Assembly: GCA_051294905.1 (NCBI GenBank)
Contig: CM119371.1
Coordinates: forward strand, 1,738,001-1,802,000
Direction of reading: 5' to 3'
DNA length: 64,000 bases
From: Botryllus schlosseri
Taxonomy: Eukaryota
In this document: positions 1 through 13,172 of the stretch, piece after piece
How positions within the stretch are numbered: the stretch's first letter is position 1
Layout of the letters: each line of letters opens with the position of its first letter
Position numbers and translations under genes: made by a program
The notes under the pieces: generated by a model
Database searches by the model: none
What the model was told of the DNA's origin: nothing
Seen by the model: the letters and a program-made list of their open reading frames with translations, nothing else

Positions 1-196
1 TTATAGTAAATGAAATATCTATACACTGTATAAAATTCTCAAAAGATATTATGGTATTGGTATCCTCATTGAAATTTAGTCACGACTAGTATCAGCGCAT
101 TCAGGACTCCATGAAGAGTTGAGGTATTTAAGCTGGTCAAAATCCTGTTTCTGTAATACCCATCCAGTGACACATTGTTATGACGCTCAGATTCGA

Positions 197-387
197 TCAA
201 CTTCTTCCATGATCACCTCGGCCGTTGAGGGAATAGATGGTGACGTGTAAGTTCGGAAATTTGTTGAGTGAAGGGGATTGTTGGACAGCCTCTATTCCGT
301 CCCATTCTTCGAAGTCACCATCTTGCAAGTCAACTATGATTGTAAGAGTTGACAAACTGGACATGGACAATATTACAATTAAATGAC
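197..387 (-). CDS. Possible terminal exon of an LRR-like gene (paralog remnant or distal exon)
   Basis: ORF 197..394 with a gtatag acceptor near 388. LIVILSMSSLSTLTIIVD...LHVTIY loosely parallels exon 17757-17946. Other candidate exons lie at about 550-650 and 1483-1571. Confidence 0.3.
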
Positions 388-2036
388 TATACAAAGTTTA
401 TGCTGTGAACAATCATTTATATATCATTGGCTGTGCACAAGTCTATCAAACCTGAAATGGACAGTGGCAGGAAGTTTCTACCTATTATGGGTCGCTCTTG
501 CGCACACACACACTTCTAATATATACCATCATATCATGGAAAATTGTACTCATGAAGTAGTTCGAAAAAGTAGGTTAGGACCAGATTTTGCAAAGGTTTG
601 TAGGTCAATTGGATATTGAAATCGACTTTTTGAAGCAGAAAATGAACGGTCTGAAAAGTACTCAAGTAGTATCAAGAAATGAGTTAGACTATACAATGTA
701 TACATCCGTTAGTCAATTGTATACTGTATCTACAAGCTGCTGACGATTACTTGCAAGCATATTTTCTGTACCTCCATCACTGCTGTGTGTTATGTATTTT
801 GATTGGATGAAAATGAAGACTCTCTACTCCTGATAAGTATCAAACAAAAATATGTTTCTATTTATTGAATTGTATGTAGGAGCATTCGAATCACAAGTTG
901 AATCTCCGTAACAAAGGAATAATGACTATTATTACTTCAAAAACGTGATGCTTTTTGCGATATCCTCAAGTAGGTTTTGCCTACTTTCACAACTTCAGAA
1001 GGCCCGACTTCAGAGTCAGTTTTAGAGCCTGCCTGAATTGACTTGAAAAATTTAGAAATGACTTCGTGACTTGATTAAAAATTTGCAATGACTTGAAAAT
1101 AGTGACCTGATCCCAACTCTACCTCGTACTATGAAGTATCCACCGGTATTTGATACTGCGAGACCACCTCCGGTCGCAATGTTCATCGTATAGGCACACT
1201 GGTACATCAGTTTCGTCTGAATATTAAGGCATGCTACTGGTATTGGCCAAAACCTGTACAGTATGAACACATTTCACCTGCAACAGAGGTCTCGATGAAA
1301 AACTTTTCACTACGTTAACGCCAGTTCCTGAAGAAAGATTGCTGGCGAACCATTTGTTTAGATCGATTTCATACCGCTGGTGAAGCATGACTCGCGACGC
1401 GCTCAAATGCAGAGCTCACTGGAGTTTCCAATCATTGTATATATATCATTGATTCTTCCTAAATTCAGTTGTAAAACCTTACCATGTCACTCTTTTTCGC
1501 CTTATCCAGAAATATAGGTGAGTCAGCCTTAAACATATTAGCTATATCTCCAACGCCCGATCGAATTAAAACTGATATTAGAACACTCAATCAGCAGATT
1601 TCATTCCATGTTTTGACTCAGAGCCATTGATGCACGTGAGACATTAGCTCCACCACGCGGAAGAACAAAAGGCGTCAAATCGATAACACTCAATCACTCA
1701 TGCAGTTCGATATTACATTTCCTTCATAATTTTGTTTTGTCATCTCTCCAAATTTTATTCTCCTGTACATATCGATGTTATCGGATCAGTCGATAAAGCT
1801 CACATTTAAATAGGGCACGTATTATAAACATTTAAAAGAACTAAACTGCTATAAAGGTGAGGAGCCATCGATGCATGACGTCCTTGGATATCAAGGAGAC
1901 CTCTTGCCGTGCCTAGTAACCGCCACTGTATATATCGTTTGCACTTGCCGTATGCCAGGGGCGGGCAACTTCTCCGGTCGGTGAGTCGGATATGGGAAAA
2001 TTAGGCACTTGGCGGGCCAGATTACAGAATATATAC

Positions 2037-2482
2037 TAGGCTTACCATACGTCCTCTTTTAAGAGGATTTGTCCTCATTTTTGACTTTTTTGAAAGTGTC
2101 CTCGGAGGACGCCCTTTTGTCCTCTTTTTTGAGATTTTGTCCTCTTTTTTGAAAATTTAGGTCAGATTTAGAGCAAATTGCGAGTGATATGCCGCAAATT
2201 AGCACAGAAGCGAAGCTCCGGCGGGTCTTTCGGAGTGAAAAAGGGTGATTTTAGCTCTGAGCGAAAAGATGACTTTTTTTAGTCATCCACCTGGCAATGT
2301 GGAGAGAAAAACGGTATTTTGAGTTCTGAGCGGAAAAGATGACCTTTTTTTCAGTCAACCGATCACAAAGTGGGAAAAACTCACCGGTTTTTGAGAATTT
2401 TACTACGGTTTTGAATGTTGCAAATTTCTGAAAAAGTGTCCTCTTTTTAGATTTTCAAAATATGGTAAGCCTAAACTGCCTA
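2037..2482. mobile_element. hAT-type MITE (TAGG[C/G]TT[A/G]CCATA family)
   Basis: TIR TAGGCTTACCATA at 2037-2049 and 2461-2473, gtcctc subterminal repeats, 8-bp TSD ATATATAC (2029-2036 and 2483-2490). Relatives at about 21500-21748, 23676-23955, 36400-36543 and 53722-57306. Confidence 0.8.
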
Positions 2483-2750
2483 ATATATACATTATACATA
2501 AATCGCATATTTATCCACCTCTACATGGACACAATTGTGTAAACTTCAAGTTTAAAGCATAGAGATCAAAAACAGTATTTAATGAATTTATTTACAACAG
2601 ATATTGAAGTCAATCAGACATCTATGATCGCTCGAAACTGTCAACTAGTTTTTTGAACTCTGTTGTATATCATATGCAAAACCCCTTGGTAAAGACTGCA
2701 CGCGAACATCAGTTGTATTGGAACGCAGCCAACCTCGTTAATGTCTGTGG

Positions 2751-2975
2751 CAGTGTTGGGATTAAGTCACTGCCTTCGAATCACAAGTCATCTCCAATGA
2801 TTGCACATTTTGACTCGAGTCGAGTCACTTGATTTTCATAGGTGGCAAGGGTCAAGTCAAGTCACTAAATTTTTGGAGGAGACCCGAGTCCCGTCGAGTC
2901 AAGTCAAGTCACGAGTGAAGTAACTAGTCAAGTCAAGTTGAAATTGCAAAGTGCTAGACATGATTCAAAGTCATT
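2751..2975. repeat. MITE end rich in GACTCGAGTC/AGTCA repeats
   Basis: CAGTGTTGGG start followed by many gagtc/agtca units. Same motif family as 30690-31191 and 37419-38362. Confidence 0.55.
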
Positions 2976-4268
2976 ACTAGGGCTATTTTGTACATAATGA
3001 GTTTGATTTATTTGGCTGTTCTTGTGTAAATCACACTAACATGTAACTAAGTTACTCCCGCCATTTACCGGCTTCAAAAATCTAGTGTTTTTCGGCTGTA
3101 ACTCGTTTTGTGTTAACAATAGTGAAAACTTTCTTCTTAAGACTGATAGAAACATGATGTTTTGGCCGCTTTCATGACCCTACGACCAGTGGTTGTCGAG
3201 ATGGGCAATTTCACCCCCTCTCGCGCAGAAATTGGGGGGATGCCATCTTGACCAAGCCTACCTACCTCCCATTCGAATTAAGTTCTGACACATGAAACAA
3301 TTGTCTGGCATTTATCCTGATTGCTACGCAACCATTTGTCACATTGTACACATTTGCGTAAAATACATTGTCTCTCCATATCCCGATAACCCAAAGAAAA
3401 TGCAAGGCTCAAATAACTAATAAATATTTGTTTCAAATCAATTCTATCCATTTCATAACATGAAAACGCAGCCAAATACAACATAAAATCACGGAAATTC
3501 CAGCCACTACTCTCTCAGTCTAAGATGAAGATACTTATTAGGAGTTATTAACAATACTCTGAGTTTGAGTTGTGGATAATATCAGTATAATTGCAAATTA
3601 GTCACAATCGACAGTAAGATTAATTTATGGAATGTTGAGCAGTAAATCATAATATTTCAGTAAAAAGGGAATATTGAATCACATTCATAAGATTATCTGA
3701 AATTTCGATTGGTATGGATTGACAATTTTCCTTTTTTTCAGTCAACTATGGTGCATTAAGTCATTGAGAATCAATTAATCACATGCCAATATCAAACGAG
3801 CGCATCAAGAGGAATAAGCCAATTATATTGTACTTAAACCATTTAGAAACACCAAGGCATCAGAAAACATGGTCATTGGTCATAGAAGCAAAAAAAATCG
3901 TTGGCTTGAATTCCAGCGACCGTCATTCTACAGAATAATATCAAGGTCATGAAATATCTTGCTAATGGAAGTTCTCAACTCGGTAATTTTACTATTCAAC
4001 AGTCTCCTGAAGTCAACTGTACCAAAGATATAGAGAAAGATCACAAGATCATGATGGAGCATGGAGAATCCTACATGATTGATATTACAATGGATTTCAT
4101 ACACTACACTACATTTATTTTTAACAAATTTTTATTTTTAAATTGTTTTTGGGTTTTTGGAAATATTACATTTCTATCATAATCCATCACACAAAACGTA
4201 AGGAACTACACAGTATACACTGCACACGTAAGATTATAACAATTTTATTCTTCATTTTCCATATTCAT

Positions 4269-6721
4269 TAGGGTTGTTCAGAATTGATCGACTTTCAAAA
4301 TGTCGTGGTTTTCAGTCCGATTCCCATGCCTTATACCATAAAAACATATTCTAGGTACTTTTTTTCGTAATTCATCCCTTGCATCCGTGTGCACATTGAG
4401 CTAGAAGAATATCGGCTAAAAATAAGGGATTACCCTAGAATTCGAGTGTCGCTATTCGGACTAGGCTAGAAAAACGTCATATATTAGCTGGTTTTATGTA
4501 GCTATTGCGGTTGGAGAGCTACATAACCTCATTATAGAAAGTATTGTCAGTTCAGGACATCATTATCATGTCCCACACTGCCTTAGAACTCCTCAAAACT
4601 GCCTAAGACTGATAGTCATTTTGTTGGATCACCTATCCTACACTCCTCAACCCTACTTGAGATTGTTCATCAATTGCCGGGATCACCACGTGCAAGAATA
4701 CAACTGTAAATGTATCATTCACTCACAGCCATATTATAAACATCACATTGTTCAAAGGGAACGAAACAAAAAGGCAAAGAAACAGATCAACTTGGCACAT
4801 TTCATTGCACTGGGATGCAAAGCTCTCTAGAAGTCGTTTCGGAGGGAAATTTGAGTCCTTGGCAGTGCTGGCATAGTCTGCGTATTCCAACGCATTTGAG
4901 AAAGGCAAACCTCTTGGCAATCGAACTCTGGAGAGTGCTACAGGAAAAGCACAGGCTGATCTGTCATTTGAACTGCTGGAACTTTATAATTTAACAAATA
5001 ATGTCAGAGCTCTTGTGTTTGACACAACACCCTCAAACAATGGAAAAAATAAAGGTGCGGCTCTGTTACTTGAAGAATTGAGAAACAGGAAAGTTTTCTA
5101 CTTTATACTTCTGCTTCTGCTCATATTTATGAACTAGTCATCCGGGGAGGTCTGGAAGTGAAGTGTGTTTGGATCTGCGACCACAGGTCCTGAAAACACA
5201 GATTTTAATACCTTCCAAGAAGTGGAAAGATATTCATCAATTAGGAAGCTCTAAAACACTTCAGTTTGATGAATGCAGCTGGTTGGCGATCAAAGCTGAT
5301 GAAGCTAAGCAAGAAATAATTTCACTGATGAAGCCATATAATGGAAAGCAGAAAGAAGTCTTGATAATAAATGACTACAGAGAATGTGCAACAGGCACCT
5401 TGGCGATTGTAGCTGCCCAATATATTGATAATCAATTTCGCAAGCCTGGTGCTACTAATAGCACTGTATGGATGAGTCAAGTGCTGTACTGTCAAAAATG
5501 TTCATGTGGAGAGAGCAAACGGCCTATTCTGAAGAGTTCATTAGAAAGTTGCCCTGTTTTATGTCCCAGCTTGGTTGAAAACTGGTAATGCATGTGACGC
5601 ACAGAATATTGATCTCAAATTCCTTCATGGCATGACAGACTTTTCATTGTGCGATTTCACAGTTGCTGATGAGGCATATAAAAAGATGCCAGAACATCAT
5701 TGGCATCTCACCGAGGAAACGGTGGTATCAACAATGTTCTCGGCTAAACCAAAGATTCCTGACAAAGTGAAGGAAGCGATGGCTACTATTGCTGCAAATG
5801 CTAATCCTTGAACAATTTCGCAGAGGTAGGCTATACCTCTGAGTCTAATCTCTGACTCTGTCTCTGAGTCAATGAGTATGGTTGCTTTAATTGAACCGGA
5901 ATCATGGTTTCTATTCAATGCTATACATGTCGAACATGATTGGTTTAGTCTTTCAGTTTCGGAATGGCATACTGATTCGCATTTCGTGACTGCTCAAGAA
6001 TTTGTGAGTAGCGTTGAAATAATTAACGGCGCAGCAGAGCGTTTGGTGAAATTGAATACCGACTTTGATGCTTTCAAAACATATGACAAAGAACAGCGAG
6101 CTAGCCTCTTACAGGCCGTGGAAGATAACGGGAACAGATATGCCGATTTCTCTAAACCAACCATTTCATCCGGACCTGATTTAAGTAGTATTTGCCAAGT
6201 TGATCTGTTTCTTTGCCTTTTTGTTTCGTTTCCTTTGAACAATGTGATGTTTATAATGTGGCTGTGAGTGAATGATACATTTACAGTTGTATTCTTACAC
6301 GTGGTGATCCCGGCAATTGATGAATAATCTCGGGTAGGGTTGAGGAGTGTTGGATAGGTGATCCAACAAAATGACTATCAGTCTTAGGCAGTTTTGAGGA
6401 GTTCTAAGGTAGTGTGGGACATGAAAATGGTGTCCTGAACTGACAATACTTTCTATAGTGAGGTTATGTAGCACTCCAACCGCAATAGCTACATAAAACC
6501 AGCTTCTATATGACGTATTACTAGCCTAGTCCGAATAGCGACACTCAAATTTTAGGGGAATCCCCTATTTTTAGCCGATATTCTTCCAGCTCAATGTGCA
6601 CACGGATGCAAGGGATGAATTACGAAAAAAAGTACCTAGAATATGTTTTTATGGTATAAGGCATGGGAATCGGACTGAAAACCACGACATTTTGAAAGTC
6701 GATCAATTCTGAACAACCCTA
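4269..6721 (+). mobile_element. hATm-type DNA transposon with ~530-bp TIRs and decayed transposase
   Basis: TIR starts TAGGGTTGTTCAGAATTGATCG. Arms are about 4269-4798 and 6190-6721. Perfect 8-bp TSD ATATTCAT. Confidence 0.93.
4830..6170 (+). pseudogene. Frameshifted hATm-like transposase
   Basis: Motifs split over several frames: VRALVFDTTPSNNGKNKGAALLLE, KPGATNSTVWMSQVLY, HHWHLTEETVV, IINGAAERLVKL. These match recalled hATm motifs FDTT.SN.G, PGA.H.ARW, HLWYL.EE and ND.AERGVKL. Confidence 0.85.
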
Positions 6722-8822
6722 ATATTCATGCTTTTTATGTAACTTCTATTATAATCAATTATTTTCAAGGTGTAAGACGACGGAATACATTCATTTTATC
6801 CTGCTATTCGATTCTACCTTGTGACTCAATCATTATAATAGCGAAAAATGAACAGGATGACGGCTTGAACTTTACTGTAGTAAAAGCATTTGTGCATTCA
6901 AATCACCGTGAAACCTTCATTTTCGGAAATATTTAGGTTCGACGTGATGTTTATGGTATTACCATTGTTTTCATCGAGTTGCGAAAATTTTTGCTACAGT
7001 TTAGGTTACCTAATTGTAAAATGCAATATGAAAATATAAATAGCATCGCGAAATTGCATCAATTATACATGTAATAGCCAGTTTAAATTGTTAAATGTAA
7101 CACGATAATTCTACACTCCATATTTCCGTTTTGTTGATTAGCGTTGTTGCATCCCATAGCTTATCCGCCACCCCCTGAAAAACAATTACCGCTGAATAAA
7201 TCAATATCCCAGTCAGACATGGGGTGATTACTTCATGAATGTAATCGATTGCGATTACGATTACTTCTGAATCACGCGATTACGATTACGATTACAGCAA
7301 AATCGGGAAGTAGTCGATTACGATTACATTGGAAAAGTAATCACGATTACTCACGATTACATTTATTTTGTATCGTAGTAGTTATATTGGAAGACACTGC
7401 ATGGATTGCGCTGGAAAGGCCCAATGATATAACAACTGTCTTTAAAAAGATGGGACATTTCCTTGTTACGTCATAATGTACCCATTGCCCATTTTATAGA
7501 GGACGGTTTATCGTACCCAATGATTTGCATTCTTGCCAGGTCCATAACTGCCAAACCCCTAATTCCCCAATAGGGTGGGGAGCGTGGTTGGAGGGGACTC
7601 AAAAGTATTTTGTAAACGAACATAAATTATAGAGTATTTTCGAGAGATTTCATTAACTTGGAATTTCTCTTTGAGCTTTGCGATTTAAATGTCTCTAGAT
7701 AGCTTGATTTCGAAATGCATACGTTACGTATCCCCCTCAAGAAATAAAGCATGCATAATTATTAGTAATAGGCATTTAGTTGCCAGTCAATACCGCTCCT
7801 CGACACATCGAAAGACATATGCAGTTTCGGCCAACATGAGACTCCACGAAGTGTGCTATTAAAGAAAGACATTGACCAAAACTTAGGGTATGTGTCCATT
7901 GTTAATAGGCGCGCTGGGTGGGCGTGACTAACAAGTCCATTCCTTCCAATCTGAGCCCACGATGCAAATGCCACCAGGGCACCCGCAGAGCATTAGACAT
8001 GACAATTTGTGTGTGCGTCTCAGTGGCCTCACGCAAGTTTTTCTTTTAGTCTGCTGTTTGGGCCGCTACGATCAATATCTTTTGGCTATATAACAGACCG
8101 GAGGTCACGAATTAACAACATACAATAAGGTAATTATTGCTAGGTACCATATGTTATAATTATGAATTACGCCCCCCACTGTTCAGGTAAATCTGACCAT
8201 CAGGCGCTGAGATAGGATTAAAAATGCAATATAATGCAATCACCAATATGATTGACGACATTAAATCTTTAACTTCAAAATTGACTACCCTATGGGGGCC
8301 CAAGACCAAAGTTTGGTTGGGGGACGCTTTTGCTGTTTTGATCCTGATTCTAGCTACACAACCCACGCTAACATGGTATATAAGCCGATGGCTATGGCGG
8401 CAGGTCCAATTGTTCAGTAAAGAATTGTGAAATAACGATTGGCGCCCGTTTTGAGTGGAATAATATGAGAATAACCGAAAGTGAACATAAAATTCTGCCT
8501 TCAACTTAATGTGATAATGTAATGCAAGCTGCCATTACGAGAAACGGCAAAACAACAGCCCAGTTATGTTCTATATCAGCAGCTGTTGATTTTAATGCTT
8601 CGTTGTGGAAACCGTAATGTTTTATTTGACGAGAACAAAATTTTAAACCTTTGTCTGCTGTACGTTCGTACCATATAGGCTTACTGCTCGCCAAGCAGCA
8701 ACAGTGAAACTGCATTTAACTATAGAATTAGAACTATTATATTCTATCGTTTAACTAAGCCTAACCAAACATCAATACAAAAGTAGCTATTGTAACTTAG
8801 GCAGAGAGGTGATTATGATTAA

Positions 8823-11800
8823 CACTAGAACTACCGGAACTTCGAACTACCTAGAACTACCATGTGGCTTTTTTGACGCATGTTGAATTTTCTTCGATTA
8901 AATGCATTTACCGGATCTAGAAATCAGCACCAATCTCAACAAACGGCATCAGAAACCACGGTTTATTGCGCTCACAGCTACTTGCAATATTTTACTTACA
9001 CCTTAGGTCAACACTTATAAAACAAATCGCCGTTTTTTGGTGTAACATATAAGGGTTGCTCTGGTGCGCATTTGGTATTTGAGCACGTTCTTAAAAATTT
9101 AGAGTAGGTCCCAGATCCTCTTTAGCCACATCATCATTGTTGGTTATTGCTGACATATCATAAAGCTTATCAGATAAGATTTGCATAATTCAATTTTGCA
9201 ACTAATCCTCGATTTGCATATTTTTAGAGTATCGGCATTTTGGCAAGTAGACGATCATTCACATTCTAAGAAAACATGCACGGACCATCGTCGACTTGTT
9301 GGTACCCTCATAGAATACTGCCTTGCAACCTGATCAATAATATCTCCCTGGTTTTGTTTCGTTATAACATTTAACCGTCACTGGTTTCTTGTTTGTGTTG
9401 TTTCTGAAGGAAACAGTTACCTCAGGTTGCAGTGAACTCAATATATATGTGTACAAATTCGATCTCTACACTGGCATCTCGCCGTTACGCTTATCAACAA
9501 GATGATAGCTTTGAAAAGTGTGGCTACATGAAGCTGCCTGTGTTCCTTCTGGTCCTGGGTAGCTTCAAGCAACTTTTGACAATAGTGTCAACTGGGACTT
9601 CGTTTGCTTCTCCAAGCGTATACACTATACAGCCACATTCACGTAACATTTTTTCGAGATGGATTACATCAGACTCTTCACATTACTATGCTTGGCAAAT
9701 GTATAGATTATGGAAGAGGTGGCCTGTCCTATCGTTGCCTAAATATGAGACGCCCTTGTACAGATACTTGGTAGAAGCAGCTTCCACCATCTGACATTTT
9801 ACCCTAATTATTTGCTGGCATTTCGACCATGTAATGAACGAAAACTATATTATCTTTATGGAATCCACACCTTTTTTTACTCCTTATGTCAATGGAAAGC
9901 TCATGATATCCATAAATCTGTTCTTCGAGAGGGCTTGACTAAACATAATGCACCCATGCCCTCAGTCCTCATATGCATTCAATTCACTAGATTCAGCTCA
10001 CTCTCCCCCAGAAGATCCATCTCGTAGACCGGAGTAAAGGCCCTTTTCCCTAGTCCAACCCAAGTATATTAGTATGGACAATACAGATGTCGGCTTGGTC
10101 AATGGTACATTTCAAATTTCATGTCCTGTAACACGCTGAGCTTCAGAAATACAATATTACAGAGCTTTGCCCAGGTAGCACGCCTACTTGGGTACCACAA
10201 GGTATCAAGGTGAGATGAATTGTGGTAACCAGCTGGTGAAACCAATCGGGAACCGTACATTTTTGGCCCCATATTACAGAGGTATTTTCTGGGGAACCAT
10301 GTGGGTAACCCACCAAGCTGATAGCGAAGACAATATTACGACCCCGGTCCTTGTGGCAGTAGCAATGACAGTGTACGCGGGCCGAGAAATCGATGCAGAC
10401 ATGTGCTGAGGCGATGTTAGGTAAATCCTACACGTTAGTTAACTTTAACACTGTATACTGTACAGTACATACCTGCTACCAACACTCACTCAAACCAAAC
10501 AGTATATACGGTAATCTGAGTATATAATAACCTTTACGGTGGGTGAGTGAGGCCATCATCGCTGTTTAAGTGTAATCGTTGAGTTATATTTTCAACTGAA
10601 CAAGACACACACAATGTACAATGCGATAAGATACAAAGCGATGTCATGAACAGATAGGAGGATGCTGACCGACGCGCAGTTGCCGTCTTTTAGACTGACA
10701 TCTACCTCGGCTTAGAGTGCCCGCCGTCACAGTTACTCTCGATGTTGATCATTTTCGAGGCAACGGCCCTTGCTAGCGATTTCCATAACTTGTGAGTGTA
10801 TTCGTTCGTCGAGTCATTCTCGGGTCTCGTGTTGCAAGAAGAGGAGCCCGGACAAACCTCCAACGGGAGTCGAACCGAGGCCGCGCTTATCGTCACCAGT
10901 ACTCGAATTCAATTCATATGGTGGTGGAATTCAATTTGGAAATGTCCCAGCGACCAGCATCGCAAATGAATAAATCGGAAACCGATTATAATATGACTTT
11001 ACTATATAGATGAACAAACCTTGCTGTAGGAAAATATAAGAGAAGCATCTATCTCGGAAAACTAATCAGTCACATGTGGGAGCCGTATGAAAAGTCGACC
11101 ATTCTTCATTGACGAAAATAACAAGTTCCAATTATTTGATCACAGAAATTTTACGAGTAAAATTAATCCTAAGTTAAAAATAATGGATACAGATAAGGGA
11201 TAAAGGTATTGGGATCTACGCAAGAAAATTATACCGCACGCTGTGAGGAATTGATCGAGTACTCTAGCAACGGAAATTTAAGTTCACTTCAGTGTGACAA
11301 ACGGTCAATTTTAAATAGTTCAAATCACATTGACGAAGTAAAGCATGGTAGGGGTTTTAATGTTCGAGGTTCGAGCAACCAACAGGGATAGCATAATAGC
11401 TAGAAAACTTTACTACATATGGAACCACCCGGGTGGCTCGGCTCTGAAGACTTTGTCATATCGAGCCTCCCGTCTACCTTGCATGTCGCATTTCACTGTG
11501 ACATTTTTGTAGTGTTATGTTGATATGTAATGTATACGAATAAAGATTCTCTCTCTCTCTCTCTTTATAATTCGATGAAATAAACCAAATAACATTGATG
11601 GAAAAGAAGGATGGTTCCTGTGTGGGTGATATATGGGAAATCTGAGCTCCTCCATAAGTGGATTTCTCATGTTTCAAGATGATTTGATATCAAAAACTCA
11701 ACAGGTAAAACTCGCCCGAGTTCAAATTGATAGGAACAATTAGAAGAGACTTATTGCAATCTACCTGGGATTGGTATGGTATAACCGCGCATCTTTATGG

Positions 11801-12304
11801 ATGGAAATCCCGCTTGGTTTCGATGTGGGTTACATGTTTCTAACCCATTCCGATCATCCATCCAACCTAACCACTTAAATTCCACCTGGATACCAAGTGG
11901 GCGTGCTAGCTGGGTGGTGACTTGGAACGAGGAAGATCCAGGGCCTTCTATTACAAGGGATGTTGTTGCTAACACAGTTAGACCGAGACGATATCAACAA
12001 AGCTCTGTTGTTACAAACGGCTTTTCTGCGTTTATCAGATACATAACCACTTTCAAGAATATGAAACTACGATGCCTGAAGGTAGAAAAGGTGTAATGCG
12101 TCAAAAAAGCCACTCGGTAGTTCTAGGTAGTTCTGTGTATAACTTTTTTATTTGTACTAGATAAGTGATGAAAATCATGGGTAAGGTGGCCTACATAAAA
12201 TAAATTAAAGTCAAGAAGTTTCAGCCCAACAGCGTAAGATTTGACTGAATGCCAGCTCTTCAAAAATGAAAATGCGTCAAAAAAGCCACTTGATCGTTCT
12301 AGTG
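8823..12304 (-). mobile_element. piggyBac transposon, decayed
   Basis: TTAA on both sides, TIR CACTAGAAC, internal GTGGCTTTTTTGACGCA repeats. Minus-strand transposase remnants STKYLYKGVSYLG and KKPVTVKCYNETK...IIDQVARQYSMRVPTSRRW. Confidence 0.9.
10170..11914. mobile_element. CACTA/EnSpm-like non-autonomous element nested in the piggyBac
   Basis: TIR CCCAG(G/C)TAGCACGCC(T/C)ACTTGG, 2-bp TSD TG, ggtaacc/ggttac subterminal repeats. Confidence 0.75.
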
Positions 12305-13172
12305 TTAATTATCCTGATGCGAGGTAGTGGCGCCTGAAATGTATTGATAAACCGATATACAGCACGGTGGGTTTTCTTACAATCATACTAATGTACATGG
12401 TACATCGAATATCTATTTACTATGTGTGGACACTTCCTACGCAAAGACGAGCAAAGCTAATAGGCTACCTCTGACGTCATCATGAGCAGTGGCATTCGAA
12501 AATCAGACGTTTGTGCTCTCAATAACTGATATAACATCTTTTCCTTGTTCACGAGAGTTCAGTTTATGTCACAGTCCTTGTACAAATAAAAAGTCATCGT
12601 TATTTCACAAAGAAATCGATTAAATATGGGAAGTAGTCGATTACGATTACGATTACTTCGGGATTTTTTCGAATGTAATCGATTGCGATTACGATTACTT
12701 AAAAATGCTGTAATCGTCGTAATCGATTACGATTACTAATCGCGATTACCCCATGTCTGATCCCAGTTATTCAACCATATCTGCAAACTATTCGGACTAT
12801 GAGCCGGATATGGACTCTTAACGCAGGTACGTAATCACACTGCACGAAATAGAATTCGATTTTTTTAGAGGAACTGGGCTCATAGTCGGATAGATTTTAG
12901 GGATTTAATCTACAGGTGGATTGTGCATTTATATTTTCGTGAAACAATTTTTAGGTATCTTGGGCACACAATCCAATATACGGTAACATATTCTTTAAGT
13001 ACTCCCATTTCATGAAAATGAACTTGCAGGCAACACATCGTATCCCAGGGAGCGCTATTGGCTGGGACGGTGTACTTGCTAGAGGACACTTTGGACAGTT
13101 TATATTTCAATTGAAAAAATTGCGGTGCAGTCAACAATGTCATGAATCAATGACACTTAAACAGTAGCTCTA

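Larger units (their letters stand above)
7214..12759. mobile_element. hAT-like non-autonomous element with (GATTAC)n subterminal arrays, host to nested insertions
   Basis: TIR CAGACATGGGGT(G/A)AT, 8-bp TSD ATCCCAGT (7206-7213 and 12760-12767), cgattac repeats at both ends. Confidence 0.88.

Noticed and set aside
3278..4182. Possible retroelement remnants (Cys-rich ORF 3278..3484, ORF 3949..4182)
   Set aside because: Motifs too incomplete to assign.
7240..7360. (GATTAC)n, GACTCGAGTC and TAATTG arrays as CRISPR-like or telomeric repeats
   Set aside because: No unique spacers, eukaryotic context, and they sit just inside TIR/TSD-bounded ends, as transposase-binding subterminal repeats do.
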